From IMG/VR virus record IMGVR_UViG_3300017786_000003, positions 32,001 to 96,000 of that record: a DNA stretch of 64,000 bases; one strand, 5' to 3'. Source of the DNA: a virus. The notes beneath the pieces were generated by a model, which saw only the letters and a program-made list of their open reading frames with translations, was not told the origin of the DNA and did not search any database. A program made the translations under genes and the position numbers. This document shows, in pieces, positions 17,412-26,364 of the stretch (its first letter is position 1; each line of letters opens with the position of its first letter).

Positions 17412-20400
17412 CTATTGATACATAGTACATGTTATTTCATAAGTTTGAGCTCCCTTAAATCCTACTACTGCACTTGTTCCATTAGTACCTATTACTTCAC
17501 CTTGGAAACCAGTTGTAGTATGATTTCTTGTTACAAATGAAAGAATAGAGGCATTACCCATACTTTTTACTATAGTACATTGAACTAAATAGTTTGCACT
17601 AGGTCTTGTTTGATTAAAAGTTATTGTAAACAATCCGGTTCCTGAATTATATGCTACTTGGTTATTTCCTGGATAAGTTGAATCACCTTGATTAACTATA
17701 CCACTAACACCAAATGAAAAATAATCACTTGGTCCTGGATCAGAAACAACTAAGTTTTTAACCTCAGTATACTTAACTTTATTGGCATCATCTACATCTT
17801 GGTATATTATTAAATCAGAACCATCAGGAATTGATCCAGATGCATTTTGTGCTGATTGGATAACAGAACTTGTACCTACATATTCTACAGCTATATCATC
17901 TGCATTAGCTTTTAAACCTGCCCCAGCTCCAACATTAAGTGTTAATGTTCCAGTAGTACCACTACCTGCTTCAGAACAACCTGTTCCTGCAGTAAGGCTT
18001 GTTACTAATGGTAATGCACTAATAGCAACTCTTTTAACAGTATTAGAATCGTCAGCATCATTAAATATTATCTCATCTGCTATGTCTGCTGAACCGGCTC
18101 CTGGTACTTTTACTAGGTTATCAGCTCCTACAAATTTAACACCTATAGTAGGGTTAACAGTACTAGATCCAGATTCTATTTCTAATGCTTCACCTGCTGT
18201 AATAGATGTAACTGTACCCGCTGGAGGTGCTGATCCTGCAGTAATTGAAGTAATATGTCCGGTTGAATTAACTGTTATGGATGCAGGATGAGCTGATGTA
18301 CCTGCTGAAATAGAGTCAGTGTGATTAACTGTAACAGTATTAGTTGTAAGTGGACCTGGACCAGTTGATGCCTCAGTAATTACTGTTGTTAAACCTGTTC
18401 CACCGGCAATATCAAAATTCTCATCAGTATTTACTACTTGAGCTGGATTTGTATCCGCTTGTAATGTAAATCCATTGTAGAACCCTGGCATTAAATAAAT
18501 CTGTTGTTTCTTAAGTGTATTACCATCAGAGGTATCACTAAACATGTAATAGTCAAGAGTAGCTGGATTTGACTCCGTAGCTCTTGCCATAATTAAGTTG
18601 TCTGATCCGGCTATATCAACACCAATTGTAATAGTATCTGTGGTTGAAGTGTTTACTGTTAGACCACCAAACGTTGAAGCTTGATTTGCAGCAGCAACTG
18701 TAAGAGTACCACCTAAATTAATAGTTTGCGGATTAGATCCATCACTTACAATAAAGTTACCAGCAGCAAAGAAGTTAGAAAGAGTATTCTTTTTTATAGT
18801 ATCACTATCACTTGCATCACTGAACCAAATAGAATCCGCATCTGTTGGAGTTTCAGTAGATGCAGCTAGTATAGCATTATCTGTACCAACATAGTCTATA
18901 TTGACAATTGGACTACTTGCTGTACCTGTAACAGTTATACCAGTTCCTGCATTAACAGTTGTACTACCACCGCCTCCACCAGCTGGGACTTGCCATGTAC
19001 CATCAGCTCTTAAGAATGTGGTTGATTGTGCTGAGCCTGATGAGTCAGGAACATATCCTACTACATTACCACCACCAAACTTATTTAAGCTAAGGTTAAG
19101 GGTGCTTCCAGAAATGCTTCCTGCAAAAGGAGTTGTATTTCCTGTAGTTAATGATAAGTTTAATGTTGTTAAGTTATTAAACGGTAAAGCAGATACTAAT
19201 GATTTCTTTACAGTATTACTATCATCTATATCAGAGAAAAGAATAAAGTCACCAGTAGCTGGTGTGCCTGCAGTTTGTACTTCTATAAAGTTATCTGTAC
19301 CGGCTATATCTAAAGCTATTTGTGCAACATTAGGTGTACCACCTGCTACACTAAAGTCTAAACCAGCTTGTCCCACAAAGTTTATAGTTTCTCCACCAGT
19401 TATTTGCTGTACTACACCACCATCTCCTTGAATACCAAAACTATCTGATCTAAGAATATCTTGAATAACTGCACGCTTTACTGTATTTCCAGCATTAACA
19501 TCATTAAATACTAAAGTATCTGTAGCAATATCTATTACTCCAGCACCTGCTGATAATATAAAGTTATCAGCACCAACATAATCTACAGCTACTGTAGCTG
19601 TTGGTCCTGTTCCATTTGTTACTGTAATACCATCTCCCTCATCTATTTGAGATATTGTACCACTTCCTGCATTAATCCATGCTGTTCCTGAACCAGTAGA
19701 ACTTAATATTTGTCCGTTAGTTCCAACAGCATTAGTTCCATCATAAAGTCCAGACCTTAGTCTTACATTACCATTAACATCTAATTTTTGTGTTGGTACA
19801 GTATTTATACCTACACCACCTTGTCTTAATATCATTGCAGTAGCAGCAACACCGTCAGTAGTTTGTATAAACTCTAGTTGAGATCCTCCTGCACCACTGC
19901 CATCCCAACCAACTTGTCTAATTTCATTTTTTATACCTGCTTGACCAACTGCATCAAAAAGCATAATTTGTGCAGTTATATCACTTACATCATTATTATT
20001 AGAATCAATTTTTATGATTGATGGTCTATCTCCAGGGTGTTTTATAGATAATGAAGTATTTGCTGTAGATTGACTTGGAACCCCTATAGCTAAACAATCA
20101 TCTGAGTTATGCCAAAATAAGTTTGCGTCACTAGATAATGTATCAGCAGCTGACCAGAATGCAACTCTTGTTGCTACACCGGTCCCTGTTACAAAACTAA
20201 GGCTTGATGCCAAGTCTCCAAGTTTAATACTTTTATTACTATCAGCTGATTCATCATATATCATTAACTTATCAGCTATAACTGCATTTGTTGAAAGGTC
20301 AGCTAAATTAAGTATGGTAGTACCAATCTCTATAGCACTACCTGTAGAAATTACATTTGATCCAAGTAAATTACCAGTAGAACTAGACCCTATAGATTTA

Positions 20401-21068
20401 TAACCTACACTTGTACCATCTGATATAATTAATTGACCAGCTGTTCCTGGTGGTAAAGGCTGTTGTATATTACTAGCGTTACCAACCCAGATGTTACCAA
20501 ATGGAAGAGTTACTACCGGGTCATCATCTGACCAAACAACTCTACCATCAGCTAAAGATCTTAATACTCTGTTAGCAGCACCTGCTGCATTACCAGCAGA
20601 ATCATGAACTTTGTTAAACAGTGTTGTAGCATTTGTTGTGTCTCCTGACGTACCTAATTCAACTCTTAATTTTAATACACTATTTTTATCAACCTCCAGA
20701 TTATCATCAACATTTAAATTTCCATTAACTATTATTGAATCAGCAACAGCATTTTGAATCATGATACTATCTTTGATAGCAGGATTTTGTACTAAACATG
20801 TTCCTACAGCTGTACTGCTATACATAGGTACTCTATGTTCTGTTGCAACACCGTCTTGTAAGACAACATTAGTTAGTATATCACATTTAATATCTCCGTA
20901 TTTAACTGCAAAAGGCTCCATTCTTGGAGCGTAAGTACCACCGTGGTTATTTAAAGTACTGGTTTGGTATAAACGTCCAATCTCTAAATAGTCTTTTTGA
21001 CTATCTAGTTTAAGCTGTTTTTTATTTCTCTTTAATAGGCCTAATACCTCTTGTATGAAAACACTCAT
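17412..21068 (-). CDS. Long tail fibre protein
   Basis: 1218 aa, G/T/S/D-rich, with fibre-type segments (GQILSSTGSGTAW, FLRADGTW), six internal repeats and an N-terminus shared with two other appendage genes. Confidence 0.8.
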   Translation of the reverse strand: MSVFIQEVLGLLKRNKKQLKLDSQKDYLEIGRLYQTSTLNNHGGTYAPRMEPFAVKYGDIKCDILTNVVLQDGVATEHRVPMYSSTAVGTCLVQNPAIKDSIMIQNAVADSIIVNGNLNVDDNLEVDKNSVLKLRVELGTSGDTTNATTLFNKVHDSAGNAAGAANRVLRSLADGRVVWSDDDPVVTLPFGNIWVGNASNIQQPLPPGTAGQLIISDGTSVGYKSIGSSSTGNLLGSNVISTGSAIEIGTTILNLADLSTNAVIADKLMIYDESADSNKSIKLGDLASSLSFVTGTGVATRVAFWSAADTLSSDANLFWHNSDDCLAIGVPSQSTANTSLSIKHPGDRPSIIKIDSNNNDVSDITAQIMLFDAVGQAGIKNEIRQVGWDGSGAGGSQLEFIQTTDGVAATAMILRQGGVGINTVPTQKLDVNGNVRLRSGLYDGTNAVGTNGQILSSTGSGTAWINAGSGTISQIDEGDGITVTNGTGPTATVAVDYVGADNFILSAGAGVIDIATDTLVFNDVNAGNTVKRAVIQDILRSDSFGIQGDGGVVQQITGGETINFVGQAGLDFSVAGGTPNVAQIALDIAGTDNFIEVQTAGTPATGDFILFSDIDDSNTVKKSLVSALPFNNLTTLNLSLTTGNTTPFAGSISGSTLNLSLNKFGGGNVVGYVPDSSGSAQSTTFLRADGTWQVPAGGGGGSTTVNAGTGITVTGTASSPIVNIDYVGTDNAILAASTETPTDADSIWFSDASDSDTIKKNTLSNFFAAGNFIVSDGSNPQTINLGGTLTVAAANQASTFGGLTVNTSTTDTITIGVDIAGSDNLIMARATESNPATLDYYMFSDTSDGNTLKKQQIYLMPGFYNGFTLQADTNPAQVVNTDENFDIAGGTGLTTVITEASTGPGPLTTNTVTVNHTDSISAGTSAHPASITVNSTGHITSITAGSAPPAGTVTSITAGEALEIESGSSTVNPTIGVKFVGADNLVKVPGAGSADIADEIIFNDADDSNTVKRVAISALPLVTSLTAGTGCSEAGSGTTGTLTLNVGAGAGLKANADDIAVEYVGTSSVIQSAQNASGSIPDGSDLIIYQDVDDANKVKYTEVKNLVVSDPGPSDYFSFGVSGIVNQGDSTYPGNNQVAYNSGTGLFTITFNQTRPSANYLVQCTIVKSMGNASILSFVTRNHTTTGFQGEVIGTNGTSAVVGFKGAQTYEITCTMYQ
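17760..19600 (-). repeat. Six degenerate protein-level repeats in the tail fibre
   Basis: DYVGADNF, DIAGTDNF, DYVGTDNA, DIAGSDNL, KFVGADNL and EYVGTSSV, each followed by D.I.F.D.DD.NTVK-like segments. Confidence 0.75.
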
Positions 21069-21079
21069 GATTTATTTTT

Positions 21080-21424
21080 TTATAAGTACAGTGCAGCTAA
21101 TTTAATGTTAGCTTGTGCTGAACAAGTTATTTTTATGTTACCATCAACATCATTAAAAGCATCAACTTCAAATGGTCCTAAGAAGCCAATTTCTCCTGCA
21201 GCTAAATTTAAAACTGCATTTTCTTTCTTTAATGTACCTAGTAAGGGATCTATAACTGTAGTAACTACCGGAACTACGGTAGCAGTAATAGCTCCACCAC
21301 TTGTATTCTGCACCCAGAAAAATTCTTTTGATGTATTCTTAAGTTTATCACCACCTGCAGCTGGAGTAACCGTGGTAGGTTCTAAACCAGCTTGTGTTAT
21401 TTGTTGTGCTGTTATTTGTGCCAT
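21080..21424 (-). CDS. Hypothetical small structural-type protein
   Basis: 114-aa T/A/G-rich beta protein in the late operon. Confidence 0.6.
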   Translation of the reverse strand: MAQITAQQITQAGLEPTTVTPAAGGDKLKNTSKEFFWVQNTSGGAITATVVPVVTTVIDPLLGTLKKENAVLNLAAGEIGFLGPFEVDAFNDVDGNIKITCSAQANIKLAALYL

Positions 21425-21434
21425 GATTTAATTT

Positions 21435-21656
21435 TTAACTATTTCTATATCCATTTTTAAAAGCTGCTGACTGAACTGGTTCTGATGCTCTTGTGGACTT
21501 CATATCACACACAATACCGGCTTTAGCCAATCTTTGTCTTTTAGCAACTTTTTTTGCATTTCTCTTTTGTTGGGACTTCTGATATTGAGAAGTAGGGTTA
21601 AAGTACCCATTAGGTACATTACCATCTCCCAGCGGGAATGATATCTTCTTTGCCAT
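21435..21656 (-). CDS. Hypothetical small basic protein
   Basis: 73-aa ORF in a tightly packed small-gene array. Confidence 0.6.
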   Translation of the reverse strand: MAKKISFPLGDGNVPNGYFNPTSQYQKSQQKRNAKKVAKRQRLAKAGIVCDMKSTRASEPVQSAAFKNGYRNS

Positions 21657-21661
21657 AATTT

Positions 21662-21745
21662 CTATTTATTAAGTAGATGTGATCCATCACAGATTCCATC
21701 AGGATTCTGAGTATTACCACATACACATTGAGTTCTATTTTTCAT
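21662..21745 (-). CDS. Minimal CDGSH iron-sulfur peptide (MKNRTQCVCGNTQNPDGICDGSHLLNK)
   Basis: Exactly fills the gap between 21747 and 21656. Carries C-x-C-x2-T...C-D-G-S-H. Below the ORF-track size cut-off. Confidence 0.75.
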   Translation of the reverse strand: MKNRTQCVCGNTQNPDGICDGSHLLNK

Positions 21746-21746
21746 A

Positions 21747-22022
21747 TTATTTTTTCATTTTACCTAAAGTTAATGCTAACCTTGCACGTTGTGCAGTCTT
21801 ACCACTACCTTTAGCTTTTTGTCTCAACCAAGACTTCTTAATAGTTCCATCAGCTTTCATTGCTCCTGCTCTTTTAGCAGTTGCTTTTAAGGCTCCTGGC
21901 TTTTTAATTGCCCCCTTGATCCAGTTCTTACCAGATTTTTTTGCACCACCTTTTTTATAAGACACTACACTCTTAGGCATAGTTCCTTTTTTCTTAGCTG
22001 GCTTAATTTTTTTTGCTGGCAT
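21747..22022 (-). CDS. Small Lys-rich protein with YKKGG motif (putative internal/DNA-condensing)
   Basis: 91 aa, highly basic, with NWIKGAIKKPGAL...RARLALTL. Confidence 0.65.
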   Translation of the reverse strand: MPAKKIKPAKKKGTMPKSVVSYKKGGAKKSGKNWIKGAIKKPGALKATAKRAGAMKADGTIKKSWLRQKAKGSGKTAQRARLALTLGKMKK

Positions 22023-22027
22023 AATTA

Positions 22028-22441
22028 CTATTTTTTACTTCTTCTTCCTTGAGCACTTGATCTGTTACCAGAATAAGCTCTTTTACCTGCAGCTCTTTTA
22101 GCTCCTTTACTTTCATTTCTTCTAGACTTCATAGATTGTTTTTTCTTACCTCTTCTCATTCCTAGAGATTCATCTAATCTAGAATTGTATCCTTGCTTTT
22201 TCTTCTTTTTAACTGCTCCTCCTTTTTTATAAACATCCATTACATCTCCTCCTTCTTGCATTCCCATGAGACCTCCCATATCTGCAAATTTTCTTTGTTT
22301 ATTCATTCTTTCTGGAGAGACAAATGGGTCTCCATCTCCGGTAGTCATACCCATTCTTGCGTACATTTTTTGACCACCCTTTTGTTTTTTCATAAGTTTA
22401 TCTAACTTTTTACTTGCTTTATAACCTGATTGTGCTGGCAT
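22028..22441 (-). CDS. Small basic protein with four xxxGG motifs
   Basis: KQKGG, ADMGG, MQEGG and YKKGG, followed by a K/R-rich tail. Confidence 0.65.
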   Translation of the reverse strand: MPAQSGYKASKKLDKLMKKQKGGQKMYARMGMTTGDGDPFVSPERMNKQRKFADMGGLMGMQEGGDVMDVYKKGGAVKKKKKQGYNSRLDESLGMRRGKKKQSMKSRRNESKGAKRAAGKRAYSGNRSSAQGRRSKK

Positions 22442-22453
22442 GATTTCTATTTT

Positions 22454-22921
22454 TTATTTGTTATTACTAATTGACTTAAATTTTTCTGCCCCTCTGCTTC
22501 CAAAGTAGGCTACATAAACGGTAATGAGAAGTGACTTGAGTAAATCTACCCAGCCAGCATCAATACCAAACTCTATGTCAAAACCATCTAACAAAATAAA
22601 TATAACTAATGAAACAGTTAAAAATATTAATGTTAAAGGTCTTGTGTTCTTACTTAGATATGAATCAGATTGCATATCCGCCTGCCATCTTTTGCTGACT
22701 TCTTGCATCTCAACCATATCCATCTCTAAAAGCTTTAATGCTTTTTCTTTATCTTCTGGTGGTAACACAGCAGGGTCTTCCTTCTCTATAAGAGATTTAA
22801 CCATGCCAAGTACACCTGCATCTGGAAGTAAGTCTCCAGCTACGCCTAACAGACTAGGAACTTTCTCAACAAGAAATTTTCCCACTCTGGTGTCTTTGAA
22901 TTTTTTCTTTCCTTTGCTCAT
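22454..22921 (-). CDS. Holin-like protein (3TM / GTA-type family)
   Basis: RWQADMQSDSYLSKNTRP, hydrophobic helices and YFGSRGAEK. Confidence 0.75.
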   Translation of the reverse strand: MSKGKKKFKDTRVGKFLVEKVPSLLGVAGDLLPDAGVLGMVKSLIEKEDPAVLPPEDKEKALKLLEMDMVEMQEVSKRWQADMQSDSYLSKNTRPLTLIFLTVSLVIFILLDGFDIEFGIDAGWVDLLKSLLITVYVAYFGSRGAEKFKSISNNK

Positions 22922-22923
22922 AA

Positions 22924-23331
22924 TTATTTTTTCTTACTTGCAGTTACTTTACTTTCACCTTTAGTTACTGTAACATCTGTGTCAGTAACATCTACCTGCA
23001 TTGGATCATCTTCTTTATCAGACAACTCTTTAATCAAGCTCTTAATTATTTCTAACTCAGGCTTCTCTTCTTTTTCTTTTGCTCCAACTATATGTTGTAA
23101 TATACCTATCAATGCCATTGCTGCTGTAGATACCAAACCAATAACTGCTGTTAGTGCTCCACCTTCTAAAGCTGTAGAACTTACTACACCTATTACTACT
23201 AATACTGTGATATAATTTATAGCATGTTTACCTAAATGTTTAGATGCTATTTCTTTAGCTGTACTTTGAGCTACAATTTTATCAATCTCAATCTTTGCTA
23301 ATACTTCTTCTTTTAATTTTTCTCTACTCAT
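22924..23331 (-). CDS. Membrane protein (2 TM) next to the holin
   Basis: YITVLVVIGVV and LTAVIGLVSTAAMALIGIL hydrophobic helices. Confidence 0.6.
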   Translation of the reverse strand: MSREKLKEEVLAKIEIDKIVAQSTAKEIASKHLGKHAINYITVLVVIGVVSSTALEGGALTAVIGLVSTAAMALIGILQHIVGAKEKEEKPELEIIKSLIKELSDKEDDPMQVDVTDTDVTVTKGESKVTASKKK

Positions 23332-23334
23332 AAC

Positions 23335-24177
23335 TTAAGGATATATTCTTATTTCTACTCCTGTTCTTATTAATTCACTGTCACCAAGACTACCATTTTC
23401 CTGGGTGCTTAACTGAAAGCTTGCAGTAGTAGCACCAAATATATTAATCACTACTGTTTGATTTTTTAAATTACCTTGTACAGGTGCAAAAAATACTTTA
23501 TCCATATCAGCTAGAGCTGTGTCCCAAGTACCTCTATACACTCCTGTAGTTATACGTGTCCAAGTAATATTATTACCTGTTGTATTTTCTAATACTGTTG
23601 CAGCTGGTGCACCGGTTCCAGATTGATTTAACAAAGCAGTGTAGCTTGTATACGGCCTTCCACCTGTGGAATTTATTGTTATTTCATTTGCACTTTGTGA
23701 CACAGTAACATTTGTACCTTGCACAATACTTCTAAAATTAAGGGTCTCCCCTACTTTATCTTTAAAAATTTGTGATCCACCACCTACATTTGCTGCAGTA
23801 TTTGGTTCACCACTTGTTGTTATCTCTACATAATCATCATCTGATGAATTAGCAAGAGTAAGGTTGCTGCTCAGAGACTTTAGTGATCTAAAATAAACAG
23901 TACATGTTTCTTCAACATCATCAGATTCTGTCTTCTGATATACTTGACCTGTGCCAGCAGCTGGATTAGCTGGAGAATTTGCGTGTGCACAATGTTCTGC
24001 AGCAACCTTAAAATCTCTCACCTTTATCACCTTTACACTTTTGTATGGTATAGGAGATGCTACACCTGTCATATCAGGCTTTTCATTCACCCCTAAAATC
24101 AATACATCGTCTAACTCAGCCTTCTTAGCAAAAACAGATCTTCTTATTAAACTTAATACATCAGTTAAAATGTTCAT
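23335..24177 (-). CDS. Short tail/head appendage protein
   Basis: N-terminus (MNILTDVLSLIRR) is similar to the two fibres. Contains fibre-like LNFRSIVQGTNVTV and a beta-rich C-terminus. Confidence 0.6.
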   Translation of the reverse strand: MNILTDVLSLIRRSVFAKKAELDDVLILGVNEKPDMTGVASPIPYKSVKVIKVRDFKVAAEHCAHANSPANPAAGTGQVYQKTESDDVEETCTVYFRSLKSLSSNLTLANSSDDDYVEITTSGEPNTAANVGGGSQIFKDKVGETLNFRSIVQGTNVTVSQSANEITINSTGGRPYTSYTALLNQSGTGAPAATVLENTTGNNITWTRITTGVYRGTWDTALADMDKVFFAPVQGNLKNQTVVINIFGATTASFQLSTQENGSLGDSELIRTGVEIRIYP

Positions 24178-24479
24178 TTTTTCTTCTTCTTATTCTTTTT
24201 CTTATAAGAAGATGTCCATCCCCCTATCTTGTATGGTTGTTTTGATTCAGTACCATCTGCTCTTTTTGCATTCCTTAAAGCATTGCCTCCCTTTTGCATC
24301 TTATTTATTAAAGAGTTAAGAGATACATCTGCTAGGTCTAGTTCACCACCAAGCATTTTACCAGATACGTCCATTGATCCTTCTTTAAGCATATCATCTA
24401 TTGCGGCTGCTTGAGCCCCATGCATTTTAGATGCTTTCTTTAATGCACCAGATATTTCTTTTAACTTCTTCTTTGCCAT
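24174..24479 (-). CDS. Small basic protein with xxxGG motifs
   Basis: KMLGG, MQKGG and YKIGG, plus a poly-Lys tail. Confidence 0.65.
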   Translation of the reverse strand: MAKKKLKEISGALKKASKMHGAQAAAIDDMLKEGSMDVSGKMLGGELDLADVSLNSLINKMQKGGNALRNAKRADGTESKQPYKIGGWTSSYKKKNKKKKK

Positions 24480-24484
24480 GTCTT

Positions 24485-24586
24485 TTACTTTTTACAATCC
24501 TTTTTTTTACATACCCCTTCTTTACACCAGCCTAAGCAAACGTATCCAAAGGTTATCCATTTTATAAATACACAAATATTTCTCAT
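24485..24586 (-). CDS. 33-aa Cys-rich micro-protein (MRNICVFIKWITFGYVCLGWCKEGVCKKKDCKK)
   Basis: ATGA overlap with the upstream stop and fills the gap before 24479. Not in the ORF track. Confidence 0.55.
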   Translation of the reverse strand: MRNICVFIKWITFGYVCLGWCKEGVCKKKDCKK

Positions 24587-24717
24587 TTTCCTTGTCCTCT
24601 ATAGAGTTTTTTATAATTTTTACTTGACATCACACTTGAGTGTTTTGTCTTTGCATGAATCCCAGGTCTTTTTCTTCTTCTAGGTTTCTCATAAGTTGAA
24701 GGGAGAATCCGTGCCAT
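24583..24717 (-). CDS. 44-aa basic micro-protein (MARILPSTYEKPRRRKRPGIHAKTKHSSVMSSKNYKKLYRGQGK)
   Basis: TAATG-coupled to the upstream gene and ATGA-coupled to the downstream gene. Not in the ORF track. Confidence 0.65.
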   Translation of the reverse strand: MARILPSTYEKPRRRKRPGIHAKTKHSSVMSSKNYKKLYRGQGK

Positions 24718-24965
24718 TACTTCTTAGGCTTTCTTCCTTTACGCTTCTTTCCTGTTATTGCACCTGGTACGTCTCCAAGCTGATTACCTACTTCTTTTAT
24801 TGCTCTAGCAACATCCGCTAGTTCAGCTTTAGTTAGTTGGTAATGTTCTAAACTTTTTTTCATAGCTGCAACAACTTTTTCATCTACTTCTGTCTTAGAC
24901 CATAATTTTACCCAGTAATCTTGTGGGCTATAAGTCCATAATACATTTATAATTTTCTTAAACAT
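24717..24965 (-). CDS. Hypothetical protein
   Basis: 82-aa first gene of the small-gene operon, downstream of a TTTGTATATTA box. Confidence 0.65.
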   Translation of the reverse strand: MFKKIINVLWTYSPQDYWVKLWSKTEVDEKVVAAMKKSLEHYQLTKAELADVARAIKEVGNQLGDVPGAITGKKRKGRKPKK

Positions 24966-24992
24966 AATAAATTGTTTTACTCTTTATATAAA

Positions 24993-25077
24993 TAATATAC
25001 AAATTTTGTCTCACTTTAGCAACAGAATCCGTTATATATGTGCTATCTTTGTTAGCCTTGTATCTATAATATACAAA
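24993..25077. promoter_or_regulatory. Divergent promoter region
   Basis: Two minus-strand TTTGTATATTA copies (24993-25003, 25067-25077) and a plus-strand TATCTTTG (25044-25051) lie between divergent genes. Confidence 0.55.
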
Positions 25078-25107
25078 AATAAATTCACTAAAATAAATTA
25101 AATCAAC

Positions 25108-25296
25108 ATGGAAGAAACCGCAAATAAATCTAATTCATATACATTTAGTATAGATTTACTCCCTAAAGAAACTTTACTTGGAATACATACTGTAGATTGT
25201 CAAGTAGACTTAAATGAAGATGGAGTTTTACATGATATGAAAGGAATACAATTTGGTTTTATATTTTTAACCATAAACTGTATGAAAATATATTAA
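25108..25296 (+). CDS. Hypothetical protein leading the RNR island
   Basis: 62-aa ORF with A-rich start context. Confidence 0.55.
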   Translation: MEETANKSNSYTFSIDLLPKETLLGIHTVDCQVDLNEDGVLHDMKGIQFGFIFLTINCMKIY

Positions 25297-25322
25297 TTTT
25301 TCATACATTATAATTACTTGAC

Positions 25323-25358
25323 AGCTGCACTGCTCACTAGCAGGAGTGCAGCTATTTT
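25323..25358 (+). terminator. GC-rich hairpin upstream of nrdB
   Basis: AGCTGCACT (25323-25331) and AGTGCAGCT (25345-25353) form a perfect inverted repeat followed by ATTTT. Confidence 0.55.
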
Positions 25359-25384
25359 ATCTATAACAAATAAACATCCTTAAT

Positions 25385-26362
25385 ATGAAAGACATCTTTA
25401 AACCTAGACTCAATATTCTACCCTATGAATACCCACAATTATTAGCATATAAAGATGCCATTAGACATTCCTATTGGATTGATACAGAATTTAATTTTAC
25501 TGAAGATATACAGGACTTTAAAGTGACTATTAATCCTAGAGAAAGAGATGTTATAAAAAAGACTATGTTAGCTATTGCACAAATAGAAGTTAATGTTAAA
25601 ACTTTCTGGGCTGACATATATAAACGTATGCCTATTACAGAGATAGGAGATGTAGGAATGACATTTGCTGAGTCAGAAGTAAGACATAAAGATGCTTATG
25701 CTAGACTGTTGAGAATCTTAGGTTTAGAAGAAGAATTTAAAAATGTTGTTGAGGTACCAGCAATAAAAGGAAGGCTTAAATATTTAAAAAAATATTTAGA
25801 TGGTACAAGATCTAAAGACAACAAAATGTATACTAAATCTGTTTTACTATTCTCTTTATTTATAGAGCATGTTAGTTTGTTTAGCCAGTTCTTAATTATG
25901 ATGAGCTTTAATAAAGAAAAGAATGTACTAAAGGGTATATCTAATGTTGTAGAAGCAACAAGCAAAGAAGAAGAAATACACGGTAACTTTGGAGCAGAGT
26001 TAATTAATATTATTAAAGAAGAAAACCCGGAATGGTTTGACAAAGACTTTGAAGATCTAATACACTCAGCATGCAATAAAGCATATAAAGCAGAGTGTTG
26101 TATATTGGACTGGATATTTGAAAAAGGAGAACTAGACTTCTTACCAAAAGAAACTATAAAGAATTTTATCAAGAATAGATTCAATAATTCACTTGAAAAA
26201 ATTGGGATGCCAACTTTATTTATTGTAGATTTGGATCTGTTAGAGTCTACAGAATGGTTTGACATTGAGGTTACTGCAACAAAAGAAGGAGACTTCTTCT
26301 ACAAGAAAAGTGTTGACTATAATAAAAAGAGTAAAAGCATAACTGAAGATGACTTATTTTAA
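25385..26362 (+). CDS. nrdB: Ribonucleotide reductase class I beta subunit (class Id-like)
   Basis: Ferritin-like ligands E68, E98/H101, E161 and E196/H199, plus Y105 and K72. C-terminal DFFYKKSVDY. Confidence 0.93.
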   Translation: MKDIFKPRLNILPYEYPQLLAYKDAIRHSYWIDTEFNFTEDIQDFKVTINPRERDVIKKTMLAIAQIEVNVKTFWADIYKRMPITEIGDVGMTFAESEVRHKDAYARLLRILGLEEEFKNVVEVPAIKGRLKYLKKYLDGTRSKDNKMYTKSVLLFSLFIEHVSLFSQFLIMMSFNKEKNVLKGISNVVEATSKEEEIHGNFGAELINIIKEENPEWFDKDFEDLIHSACNKAYKAECCILDWIFEKGELDFLPKETIKNFIKNRFNNSLEKIGMPTLFIVDLDLLESTEWFDIEVTATKEGDFFYKKSVDYNKKSKSITEDDLF

Positions 26363-26364
26363 TT

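Noticed and set aside
17412-21068. GG dipeptides in the tail fibre as part of the xxxGG system
   Set aside because: They occur in Gly-rich fibre linkers and mostly lack the Q/K/E-x-GG context.
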